Source: Desulfatiglandales bacterium (GTDB taxonomy: Bacteria; Desulfobacterota; DSM-4660; Desulfatiglandales; Desulfatiglandaceae). Taken from it: a DNA stretch of 64,000 bases. Location: positions 2,944,001 to 3,008,000 of the forward strand of contig OY759599.1 in the NCBI GenBank assembly GCA_963662465.1. Reading direction: 5' to 3'. Position numbers and translations under genes: made by a program. Shown one piece after another: positions 37,484 to 47,510 of this stretch. Under the pieces are notes generated by a model that was not told the origin of the DNA, searched no databases, and saw only the letters and a list, made by a program, of their open reading frames with translations. How positions within the stretch are numbered: position 1 is the first letter of the stretch; each line of letters begins with the position of its first letter.

Positions 37484-39480
37484 TTTAGTAACAACCATGC
37501 CGAGGGCGCCCAGCATGAGGCAGACCGATAAGGGAATCGGATTATAGGCGCGAGTTTGAAAATAGAAACTCGAAAGGATCATCAGAAAAAGAGCGGTCAA
37601 GAAAGAGATCAAGGCCCATTTCGCTTTTTCCGGTTTGTGAAACTCCTCCTCGAAGTGCGAGATGATGATAAAATTTTGATGGAGATCCTGGAGTGCATGA
37701 AATTGTTCCCAGGTGCCCTGGATCAGAACGGTATCACCGGATTGAAGAGGGAGATCGGCCAACTCCCGATAGTAGGTCTTGCCGGCCTGATGGATAGCCA
37801 GTGCATTTACGCCAAAAGTCTCACTGAAACGGATTTCTTTTATGGTTTGGCCAAGCAGAGTGGCGCGTGGAGAAACCACCGCTTCCACGATTCCGGCGAC
37901 GGAAGGGTTAAATATCGTATTCTTGAAACACTGAGGGTCTTCCCGGAGAAGGAGCCCGTATTCCCGAACGAAATCCCAGACCCCTTTCTCGGGACCATAC
38001 ACACACAACACAAAATCGGGTTGAATACTATTGTTCGGAAGCGGGGTCATATTGCGCGTACCGTCATCCCTGGCGGATGCCACGATGGTCACCAGAAACC
38101 GTCGGCGAATGTCCACTACCTCCCACGGGCCTTCTCCCGGTCGATAATCCTCGGGCACAAAAATTTCATAGGGTCCGGTGATCAACGGGTATGAACTAAG
38201 CATACTATTTTCAACACTGCCTTGGAGATCGTTGCGCAAAACGGTCAGGTTCGCCGCGCTTCCAGCGAGCAACCGCATTCCGACGGTGGAAAGATAGGCG
38301 ATGCCACCGATGACGAGGCCCAGGCGATGGGCGTCAGTTCGAGGAAACCGAACTTGGCCATGCCCGGCGGCAAGATGTCGTTCAGCAGAATCAGCGGACT
38401 CGTACCGATCATGGTCAACGTGCCGCCGAGAATCGCGGCCATTCCGATGGGCATGAGAACACGGGAAATGTGGACTTTAAGTCTATGGGAGGCCACAAGA
38501 CGGATGGCGGGCAAAAAGAGGACGGCGGCCCCGGTGTTTTGCATAACGCTGGATATGACCGAAATCAAACCGGAAAAGACCACCACCAGCCGGGAACTGC
38601 TCTTCCCCACGAATCCCAGCAGGGGTGCAATGAGCCGGTTCACCAAACCTGCCCGGTTCAGACCGTAACTGATAATCATGACCCCGATGATGGCGATTAC
38701 CGCGTTGCTGCTAATCCCTCGAAACGTGTCTTCGGCCCGAAGCAAACCCAGTTCGGGAAGCGACACCATCATCAGGATACCGACCACATCCACCCGTACC
38801 CATTCAAAAATAAAGAGAATGACCGCGATGACGACGAGCAACATCAACAGTTTGGTGCGTAAATGGGTATCGACTTCAAGGGGCACGCTCGCAACCCCCT
38901 CGTCGTAAATCTTGTTTCCGTCCGGGGTGGTCAGTTCCGAAAAAATATCCAGCCAAAGCGCGTGCCGCCCTGCTTTGGTTTTGGAATCCACGGTGTATTC
39001 AACTGTGGTTATCAGCGGGCCGGCGGTATTCCCTTCGGGGACGGGGAATTTCACCAAAATATGATAGTGGGGTCTGTCCGGGTAAGCTTTGTCAAGGAAG
39101 GCGATGCCACTGTCCCGCGGAGAGGCTATCCATACGGTTACACCATCGCCGGCATTCTTTTTCCAAGCCAACGGGCAGCTATCGGCATTTCCCGACGGAT
39201 TCAGGCGAGCTTCGAGTTCAAAGCTTCCGGTTTCGCCGGCGATCAGGGTTCGAAACACCGGTTCCATGCGCACGGAAACATGGCGCGGCTGCCGTGAACG
39301 GGAAACGGGGTCGACGGTTTCCGATTCCAGCATGGGGGGCTCTTTTTTTGCCCGGACGACTTGCGCCGTTTCTGAAGAATTCAGAGTTCCGACAATAGCA
39401 GCCATGGTAGCCAGGAACACCACGATAATGATCCATTTTTTAGCCATCATCAAGCCCGAAGTTTGAATGAAATTGCGCAT
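37484..39480 (-). pseudogene. SLC13/TrkA-C domain permease, frameshifted and 3'-truncated
   Basis: EWVRVDVVGI, SSNAVIAI, MQNTGA, LGGTLTMIGTSP; 1-nt frameshift at ~38326; TrkA-C-like LQSGDTVLIQG; cut at LGMVVT. Confidence 0.8.
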
Positions 39481-39496
39481 AATTTGTCAGAGCGCG

Positions 39497-40513
39497 TCAC
39501 CGGGTGCTAACAGGAAATCTGGCAGTAAATGTCACCCCTTTTTCCTGGTTTGGATGAGAAAAAATCCGCCCGCCGTGGGCCTCCACGATTTTTTTCACGA
39601 TGGGCAGGCCCAAACCAGTTCCCTTGCTCTTCTTGGTGAAAAACGGCTTGAAGATATTTTCGCCGTCTTCCGCTGCTATCCCAGGGCCGCTGTCGATCAC
39701 ATGAAGATTGACCCCATGGTGATCTACGACTGTCTTTATGGTTACATGTTCTCCAGAGGGACTGGCCTCAAGGGCGTTCGTCACAAGGTTCAAAAGCGCT
39801 TCTTTGACTTTCGACCCATCCAGCATAAGCGGAGATAAAAGAGGATCAAGGTCTGTATCGATGACTATCCGGACTTTATCGGCTACGGGACGAACCGTCT
39901 CCGCAACTTCCCGGGCCAGATCGTTCAGATTTGTCCTTTTGAGTCGGAGCTCCGCGGGCTTTCCGAAATCCAGCATTTCCTTGACCATCGTCTCGAGACG
40001 CCCCGTCTCCTGAATGACCACCTGGAGTTTTCTCTGTTTGGGATCGTTTTCCTCCAGTGCTCTGGAAACCTGGGCCGTAAAACCGCCGATGGCCATGAGC
40101 GGCATTTTCATATCATGCGCCAGCTCCAACACGGTCCGGCCCACGGCGGCAAGACTCTCCGCCCCAACAAGGGCACTGTGTTTTTTTCTTTCCCTTTCGA
40201 CCAGTATCCCGAGTATCAATGCGATAGCAAGGTAGAGGCAACCTTCCAGGATTTCATGGAAATCTTCGAGGGAAAATCCGTGCCAATGTGCCATAACATA
40301 AGGGAAGAAAAGCAAGATCATTGCCAGGGCAATCGTTATGGAACCTTTGATTCCGAACCAGAAAGTTCCCAAAATGAGAGGGATATAAGAAAGTACTCTG
40401 TAAAAGGCGTGTTCGTAGGCCATATGGTAAAAGGTGAAATAGTTCAAACAAAGCAAAGCTGCAATGAGCGTGGTGATAAACACCATACGCTTCCAATCTT
40501 CATGATATGGCAT
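39497..40513 (-). CDS. Membrane sensor histidine kinase
   Basis: N-terminal TMs, AHDMKMP, NLVTNALEA, DSGPG, FFTKK.KGTGLGL. Confidence 0.88.
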   Translation of the reverse strand: MPYHEDWKRMVFITTLIAALLCLNYFTFYHMAYEHAFYRVLSYIPLILGTFWFGIKGSITIALAMILLFFPYVMAHWHGFSLEDFHEILEGCLYLAIALILGILVERERKKHSALVGAESLAAVGRTVLELAHDMKMPLMAIGGFTAQVSRALEENDPKQRKLQVVIQETGRLETMVKEMLDFGKPAELRLKRTNLNDLAREVAETVRPVADKVRIVIDTDLDPLLSPLMLDGSKVKEALLNLVTNALEASPSGEHVTIKTVVDHHGVNLHVIDSGPGIAAEDGENIFKPFFTKKSKGTGLGLPIVKKIVEAHGGRIFSHPNQEKGVTFTARFPVSTR

Positions 40514-40799
40514 GATTCATCTCCGGACGGCAGGGGACACTCCCTCACAGGTTGCTATCCTTGTTGGAGGTCCTCCTGGATCTGTTCTACGGTTTTCCTG
40601 AATCTGGCCCAGTCAATTTCCAGTTGCTCCAATCTTCCTTGACTCGCATAAGATTTGTCAAGTTCCTTACGCAGTTTGATCCATATTTCCTAATTAACGC
40701 ATGACCCTTACCAAAAGCTTTCGAAGAGATTACAATCCGGTAATGTTCTTTGAAAACCATTTGATCCTTGAAAAGTCGAAAGGTATTTTGGTCCCATAT

Positions 40800-42058
40800 T
40801 CCCCTTGGGTGAATGCGATCTGCTGTTGTGCATAAAGGCCTCCGAGAGAATAGTAGACCTCTTTTGGCAGCAAATCCGGCTGTTTCAGTGCGGATTTGAT
40901 ATCCCGGATGACCGAACCCATGTCGCGCCCGGTGATGCGCCCGGTTACCGCGATCATCCGCTTGAGGTCATCCCGCATAATCTCGGGTTGCCCCGTAACG
41001 GCCGTAAGCGATGCAATCCGCTTGAGTGGAAAGAGATGCCCATCCGGGGCACTAAGGCGAAGGTCAAGCAAATCCCGGGGGTTTTGCGCACGCCGGCCGG
41101 AAGCCACACGCGCACGCCCACCATTTTGGGACCTTTCCAGACGTAGGTGGTGACCACGCCGGACAAAAGATCGGTCAGCATGCGCGTTACGCCATCGGGA
41201 TCTACCCCCTCCAGGGAGGCCTTGTCCCGGTTGACCCGAATATCCAGCGCGTCGCCCGCCAGGACAATGCCGTCCTTGACATCCACCACGCCCGGGATTT
41301 TGCGGATGGCCGCGGCAACCTCAGGTCCGAGCCGAATCAGAAGCGTGCCGTCAGAGAATAAAACCACCTTCATCCATCCCGGGCATAAATCCCGAACCCA
41401 GGTTTTGGTATGAAAACCAGCCGGCGAGAAGTAAAGGGAGGATGATTATGATCACAAGCCCAGGACGGGCCATGACGATCTTCATGAGCCTTTCGTAGGT
41501 TCGATGGAAAAACCGGATCAAGGCGCCTCCCTCTTCCTGGCCCGCATCTTTTTGGCCAAGCAAATGATCCGCAAGGAGCGGTACGGCCAACCACGCAACA
41601 AAAAAGGAGATGATGAGGCTGGAGGCCATGGTCAGGGAGAGGGATCTGAAGAATGCGCCCGTTACGCCAGACAGAAACGCCATAGGCGTAAAGATAATAA
41701 TGGTGGAAGCGGATGATCCGGCAAGGGGTCGGGCGAACTCCCGTGCGGCCGGCATTACCCGGCCATGGTGTTCACCGGGGAATTCACGCAACCTGCGAAC
41801 AATGTGTTCCTGCATCACGATCATATCATCGATGATGAGGGCCACCGCGGCCGCCATTCCCCCAAGGGTCATAATATTAAAACTCATATTCAGGGCGTAT
41901 AGCAACAGGACTGTGCCGACCAACACACACGGGACCGTCACTGCGGCAATCAGGGTCATTTTTATATTTCGCAAAAAAACCCACAGAACAAAAACGGCAA
42001 AAAATATCCCCATGAGAATGGCATCCCGTACACTTCCGGCAGAAGAAAGAATCAGTTC
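40800..42058 (-). pseudogene. RND efflux permease (AcrB/CzcA family), internal fragments
   Basis: SFNIMTLGG.A.A..LIIDD.IV..E, P.AFLSGVTG.FF, FMP.MDEG, then a deletion to a later porter segment and a frameshift; both termini missing. Confidence 0.82.
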
Positions 42059-42062
42059 ACTC

Positions 42063-42484
42063 TGGCGTAATGACCGCCACTGGCTGTATTTACAGTAAGT
42101 CCAATATCGAAAAACTTTATTATAACAAGATGGCCTTTACCCTCATCGATACCAAAAACCGGTAAAGCGGTCAGGGTGTCGCTCAAACCGGATTTTTTTG
42201 AAATGGCGCTCAAATCCCCCTTTGTACAAAAACGCAAGGCCGGCGTACCGCCTCAGGACATTAAACCGGAAATCACAGCTCCGCTGGTGGAACGTATCAA
42301 AGGCCTGCCCGAAACCCAGTTTCTGGATATTGGTGAAATCCATACCGTGGATTTTAAGCCGGGCAAGGGGGTTTTCGAAGCCAAACGCTGTGATAACTGC
42401 GGAGAAGTCACATTTGTCAACAAGCTGCGGATGGAGGCTGATGGAAAGGTTGTCTGTATTCCCTGTTCCGAATATGGCGAGTAA
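42063..42484 (+). pseudogene. FmdE-family protein, C-terminal fragment
   Basis: [27 protein letters not shown], frameshift at the A-run ~42154, then a zinc finger CDNCGE...CIPC. Confidence 0.7.
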
Positions 42485-42566
42485 CCGAACCGGAAAGTAA
42501 AAACGGGGTGATCCTCCCCCGCCTGGTCGTGGGGTGGTTCACCCCTGTTATCGGGAGGACATACAA

Positions 42567-42790
42567 ATGATTATTGCTCTGGTGACGAGCGCCACCCTGG
42601 TCCTTGCCTTTATATTCTCCATGCTGGGATTAGGAGGCGCAATGCTCTATATCCCCGTATTCCACCGGTTCGGTTATGATTTCAAATCCGTAGCCATTCC
42701 AACAGGGCTGCTGCTCAACGGAATTACGGCGCTGTCCGCCGCAGTGTACTATCTTCGGTCAAAGATGGTGGATATCAAAGGGTCTATTCC
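42567..42790 (+). pseudogene. TauE/SafE (TSUP) exporter, N-terminal fragment
   Basis: FSMLGLGGAMLYIP, AIPTGLLLNG; similarity stops after ~75 aa. Confidence 0.72.
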
Positions 42791-42962
42791 GTCAAGCTTT
42801 TGTGGAAACTTTTCCTGTGACGGTACATCCTTCCAGCTAATCCTTTATGAATAAAAAACCCCTGGCTCCCCCTGGTCCCGATGGGTAGCGACGCCGCCAC
42901 CCCATACCTCAGGTCCAAGGGGACAGAAATCGTGGAGAGTGTCACAGAGGAGACGTAGGCAA

Positions 42963-43463
42963 CTAAAGCGTCCGGCCCTTGGTAATCATTTGGGCGGCAA
43001 ATTCCCGCGCATCCTTAATATCCGCCGAATCAGGATGATCCGAAGCGCTCTGCGCCTCCAGTGCCCAGGCCTTATGCTCGGCTTTTTGCATGAGCCCCTC
43101 GATGATTTCGGGCTTTACCTTGCCCCGACAGCCGAAGGTGCCAAGCACGGTCAAATGGGCGGCCAGGGTAACAGCTTCGTAAAATGCCGTTATGGCCAAT
43201 GTACCGCCCCGAAGAGACCCATGTGTTGAAAAGAACGCAATCTTTATCCCTTTGGGAAGACCCTTGATGAAATTGGCCATTTTTCCCGGAACGCCATGGC
43301 TTTTCACGGGAAACCCGATAAACAGCACATCATATTCATCTACACCAGCGACTTCATCGAGTTTGATGAGTTCCTTTTTCGCCTCTTTAATGCCATCGTA
43401 TATACCCTGCGCAAGTTTTTCCGTATTCCCGGTCTCAGAGTAGTAAGTCACCAGAACCTTCAT
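42963..43463 (-). CDS. Flavodoxin family protein
   Basis: YYSETGNTEKLA, FIGFP, FFSTHG, HPD..D...AREF. Confidence 0.88.
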   Translation of the reverse strand: MKVLVTYYSETGNTEKLAQGIYDGIKEAKKELIKLDEVAGVDEYDVLFIGFPVKSHGVPGKMANFIKGLPKGIKIAFFSTHGSLRGGTLAITAFYEAVTLAAHLTVLGTFGCRGKVKPEIIEGLMQKAEHKAWALEAQSASDHPDSADIKDAREFAAQMITKGRTL

Positions 43464-43778
43464 TTCGACCTCCTCATAGAGATTTTCGTTGATTTGATAT
43501 CTTTCCTGCTCGCCTTCTCACCCTGTATCTCATCAATAATATACACCATTTTATGTGATAAGCCGTTGCTTTTTCGGAAATGGACTATAGATAAATTCCC
43601 GCTGCGAGTCAAGTGGGTTCTCCACAAGATTTCTTGTTATTTTTGCCGTTTATCGATTTTCCTGTCGAGGAAGCTCTTTTTCTCATTGCTTCGGCTTCTT
43701 TAGTCAGTTCCTTTAGAAGATCGATTACCCGCCATCCTTTCCTGCAATACATTGTGATTTTAAATCCGGAAACTGCAA

Positions 43779-45275
43779 TTATCCACAGATCTTGGACGAA
43801 TGGAAGATATCCACCATTTTATGCCCACCCACATATTCAGTGGATTCACAGACCGTGATGCTTTCCATTTTCTGGGTGATTTCCTTGATGCGATCACATT
43901 GCGCTTTGATTTTTCCCAGACTTTCAACCCCTGGATTATCTTGAATGGCTTCATTGAGCAGCAGGTATATATATTGCAGAGGCTGATTGATCTCGTGGCA
44001 TGTGGCGCCGGCAATCTCGAGTACCCCTTCCAGTTTTTCTCGACCCAGTTGTTCCTGCTGAGCCCGGTTCCGATCCGTGATGTCGCGGGTCACCGCAATC
44101 AGGCATTCCTCATCCCCATAATTGATCACTTCAGCGGACCAGAGTACATGCCGAATTTCACCGGATTTCATGCGGAATTCCGCTTCCAGGTTGCGAACCA
44201 CCCCCTTTTCCCTGAGGGTCTTGACCATCTCGACCCGCTTCTGGGGATCGACCCAAATGCCCAAATCAATGGAATTGCGGCCCAGGACTTCCTCATTGGT
44301 ATAACCGGTGGTCCGTAAAAAGGCCTCATTCACATCCACATAGAACCCTTCCAGCGTGGAGATGACGAACCAGTCCGGACTTGAACGGAACACCTTCTGA
44401 AATTTATCTTCTGAAATACTGAGCGCTTCCTGGGTATGGACACACTTGGTGTTATCCATGAAATACCCCAGAACGGCTTTTCGTCCCTCATAATTTATAG
44501 GCAGCACGGTCTCGATGATCCATCTGACTTCGTTTTGTTTTGTGACAACGCGATGTTCATAGGGATTCGTAGGTTGCCCCTTCAGCATCCTGACGGCATC
44601 CTCTCTGACGGATTGTTTGTCATCTTGAGGCACGATTTCCAGAGAATTCATGCCGATTATCTCGGATTCTTCGAAACCTGTAATTCTCTGAAACTCGGGA
44701 TTTACAAAAACAAACTTCCCATCTTGAACAATGAAAATGCCGATGGGTGAATTCAGGAATATATCGGCAAAAAACTCCGGAGGCCCTTCATATGCGGCTT
44801 GAAAAAGCTTCTGAATATCCGGATGATGCTCAATGGCCCTTAAAAACTGGCCCGTACGACGTCCCAGACGACGCCGGAGTATGGCCGTAATTTTCCCCTT
44901 GATTTCATATCCATTATCGTGATCCTCATCCATGAGTCGAAGGAAGTCTCTCCCGGGAATAGTGATGACCTCCGTGGGTTCAACGCAAACAGCGGTGGCG
45001 GTGTAACGGGAATCGGGAAACAAGGCGGACCAACCAAGAGAAAACCCTGCCTTTATGGCGCCCATGGAAACGCTGATGGTCTCGGAGACGTCCACTTCCA
45101 GGAGCGCCTTTCCTTCATTCAGCATATAAAAAAGATCCGCATCATCACCCTGCCGAAACACAATGTCCTGTGCGCCAAACACGCGCATCCGCAAGAAGGG
45201 AATCATTTTTCCCAGCATGACATCACTTACGTTTTCCAGTAGAAGAATCTTTCTCAAAGTTTCAAAAGTAATCAT
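43779..45275 (-). CDS. cNMP-binding + 2 PAS + HisKA-only signalling protein
   Basis: VFRQGDDAD.FY cNMP domain, two PAS/PAC repeats, CHEINQPL, no HATPase domain. Confidence 0.82.
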   Translation of the reverse strand: MITFETLRKILLLENVSDVMLGKMIPFLRMRVFGAQDIVFRQGDDADLFYMLNEGKALLEVDVSETISVSMGAIKAGFSLGWSALFPDSRYTATAVCVEPTEVITIPGRDFLRLMDEDHDNGYEIKGKITAILRRRLGRRTGQFLRAIEHHPDIQKLFQAAYEGPPEFFADIFLNSPIGIFIVQDGKFVFVNPEFQRITGFEESEIIGMNSLEIVPQDDKQSVREDAVRMLKGQPTNPYEHRVVTKQNEVRWIIETVLPINYEGRKAVLGYFMDNTKCVHTQEALSISEDKFQKVFRSSPDWFVISTLEGFYVDVNEAFLRTTGYTNEEVLGRNSIDLGIWVDPQKRVEMVKTLREKGVVRNLEAEFRMKSGEIRHVLWSAEVINYGDEECLIAVTRDITDRNRAQQEQLGREKLEGVLEIAGATCHEINQPLQYIYLLLNEAIQDNPGVESLGKIKAQCDRIKEITQKMESITVCESTEYVGGHKMVDIFHSSKICG

Positions 45276-45290
45276 ACGAGGGGCTCCATT

Positions 45291-47063
45291 TTATGTAAAA
45301 ACAAAGATCAATACCAGAAAGAGGGTTGACACGCCGGCGCCGATGCCGATCGGAACCGTTCCCCCCATCATATCGGCATACAGGTTGACCTTTTTCATTT
45401 TCAACCGCTCTCCACGCACTCCCATCAACATCCAAAGACTCACCATCACAATCAGGCTCAGTCGTGCAATAATATCCCTTGAAAGGGTGGCAAGGGCGCC
45501 GGCAATTCCCTTAACAAAAACATGGTCGCAAACTCGGTTCAAACCGTTTAACAAACGATCAAAACCACGTGAAAAAAGCACCCCTCCCCTACGGTAAAAC
45601 CAGTCCGCATCCAGGTTGATGCAACGGATTTCAGCCGGGTATATGCCGGCCCGCAACAGCAGGGTAAAGGCCAGGGCCGAAAAGAAAAGGAGCTGGGTCT
45701 GCCCCACCACATGGGGCGCCGTGTAGGGAACATAGGCCACGGGATAGGGAAGCAACGCATACAGGGGGGCGGGATAAACACCGATAAAAATACAAAGAAA
45801 GGCCGCAATGCCCATGGCCAGGAGCATATGAATGGGCGCCTCTTTGGGCCGCAGGCCTGAATCATGGGAAAAAAAGGCAAAATAGGGAATCTTGATACCC
45901 GCATGATGAAACACGCCGGCTGAAGCAAAAAGCAAAATGAACCACACAATTCTCATGTGCCCGCTCGCGGCGGCATCCATCACCATGGATTTGCTCACAA
46001 AACCACTGAAAAGGGGGAAGGCGGAAATGGATGCGGCCCCCACCATGCAGAAAATACAGGTCAACGGCATGGTCCGGTAAAGCCCTCCCAGGTCCGTGCC
46101 GTTGATTTTCCCCGTCCGGTACATGACGGCGCCCATGGACATGAAGAGCAGTCCTTTAAACAGGATATCATTAAAAGCGTGGCAGACCGCGCCATTGATG
46201 GCCAGCGCCGTCCCGATGCCGATGCCGCACACCATAAACCCCACCTGGTTCACCAGGCTGTAAGCCAGAACCCGTCTCAAATCGTTTTCAATCACCGCAT
46301 AAAAAATGGGGAATCCCGTCATAACGGCCCCGATCCAAATGAGCGGCTCGGCGCCTGGAAAACCCCGTGCCAGGGCATACACAGCCACCTTGGTAGTAAA
46401 GGCGCTCAGAAAAATGGCGCCGGTAATGGTCGCCTCCGGGTAACTGTCGGTCAGCCACGGATGAAGGAGAGGCCACGCGCAGTTAAGACCGAACCCCAAA
46501 AAAATGAGATAGCTGCCGGGCCCGTTCAATCCCATATAATCGAATTGAATGGAACCGGTTTGATTCACATGGATCACGATGCCGGCCAGCAGGCACAACC
46601 CCCCTGCCGCATGAACCAGCAAATAACGATATCCCGATGCCAGGGCCGCTTCCGTACGGCGGGCCCAGATGAGGAAGATGGAAAATACAGTCAACATTTC
46701 CCAGAACACAAAAAAAGTGAAGAGATCACCGGCAAAAATCGCCCCAAGGGCGCTTCCGGCATAAAGAAGACCCGCCATCTGCTGAAGGTTGTCCTTGACA
46801 TGGAGAGCATAGAGGATGGCGATAAAACTGATGAGATGAAAAATATAGGCGAACAGCAGGCTGAGCTTATCCACCCTTCCCAGAACCAAATGGTAATCCA
46901 GGAAATTGATCTCAAAATGGGTTCCCTGCCCCAGAACCATCAGATTCAGGAAACCGATCACGGGAATCAGCAGCAGCCAGGCGCTTTTCAGACGTGCCGG
47001 GATAAAGGGCACCAGCAATGCGCCCACAACGAAGATGATCACCGGGGGAACGGCATCAGTCAT
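45291..47063 (-). CDS. mrpD: Mrp Na+/H+ antiporter MrpD/MrpA-like subunit
   Basis: FFVFWE, LHPWL.D.YPEA, LSAFTTK, RVLAYS, FKGLLFM, GFVSK; start MTDAV. Confidence 0.88.
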   Translation of the reverse strand: MTDAVPPVIIFVVGALLVPFIPARLKSAWLLLIPVIGFLNLMVLGQGTHFEINFLDYHLVLGRVDKLSLLFAYIFHLISFIAILYALHVKDNLQQMAGLLYAGSALGAIFAGDLFTFFVFWEMLTVFSIFLIWARRTEAALASGYRYLLVHAAGGLCLLAGIVIHVNQTGSIQFDYMGLNGPGSYLIFLGFGLNCAWPLLHPWLTDSYPEATITGAIFLSAFTTKVAVYALARGFPGAEPLIWIGAVMTGFPIFYAVIENDLRRVLAYSLVNQVGFMVCGIGIGTALAINGAVCHAFNDILFKGLLFMSMGAVMYRTGKINGTDLGGLYRTMPLTCIFCMVGAASISAFPLFSGFVSKSMVMDAAASGHMRIVWFILLFASAGVFHHAGIKIPYFAFFSHDSGLRPKEAPIHMLLAMGIAAFLCIFIGVYPAPLYALLPYPVAYVPYTAPHVVGQTQLLFFSALAFTLLLRAGIYPAEIRCINLDADWFYRRGGVLFSRGFDRLLNGLNRVCDHVFVKGIAGALATLSRDIIARLSLIVMVSLWMLMGVRGERLKMKKVNLYADMMGGTVPIGIGAGVSTLFLVLIFVFT

Positions 47064-47337
47064 AGTAATCCTCATTTCTTTTGACCAGGGGCCGCAGAAA
47101 ATATTTGGCCACAATCACCAGAACCACGCAGGCCACAAAACCGTAAACCGCAAAAAATTCGGGCCACGCTTCCCATCCGAAATGGGGATGCTTGTGAAGC
47201 AGGAACTCTACGAGCAACAGCACCACAAGGGAGGCATAAAAGCAGCCCAGCAGAATTTTGACATTTTTGGGGTTGTCAAACAGATATTTTTTTTCAGGGT
47301 TTTCCCCATTAACGGATTCCGCTTCAGGCCTTTTCAT
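47056..47337 (-). CDS. Small membrane protein of the mrp operon
   Basis: Two TM segments, AAGGAG RBS, overlaps the next start. Confidence 0.8.
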   Translation of the reverse strand: MKRPEAESVNGENPEKKYLFDNPKNVKILLGCFYASLVVLLLVEFLLHKHPHFGWEAWPEFFAVYGFVACVVLVIVAKYFLRPLVKRNEDYYD

Positions 47338-47376
47338 GGTTTTCTCCTTGCTAAAATAAATTTCGCAACCCGCAAT

Positions 47377-47484
47377 TCAAAAAAGAGTATTGTACAGGAT
47401 CAAAGCCAGATACAGGGATCCCACAGTGATGGCAATGAAAAAGGCCATTCGATACCCCGGCACGGGCTCATGAGACAATTCCAT
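47377..47484 (-). CDS. 35-aa single-TM microprotein in the mrp operon
   Basis: MELSHEPVPGYRMAFFIAITVGSLYLALILYNTLF*; fills the operon gap; too short for the ORF track. Confidence 0.6.
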   Translation of the reverse strand: MELSHEPVPGYRMAFFIAITVGSLYLALILYNTLF

Positions 47485-47510
47485 TTTCTCTTCGTTTTCT
47501 TCGCTCAATA

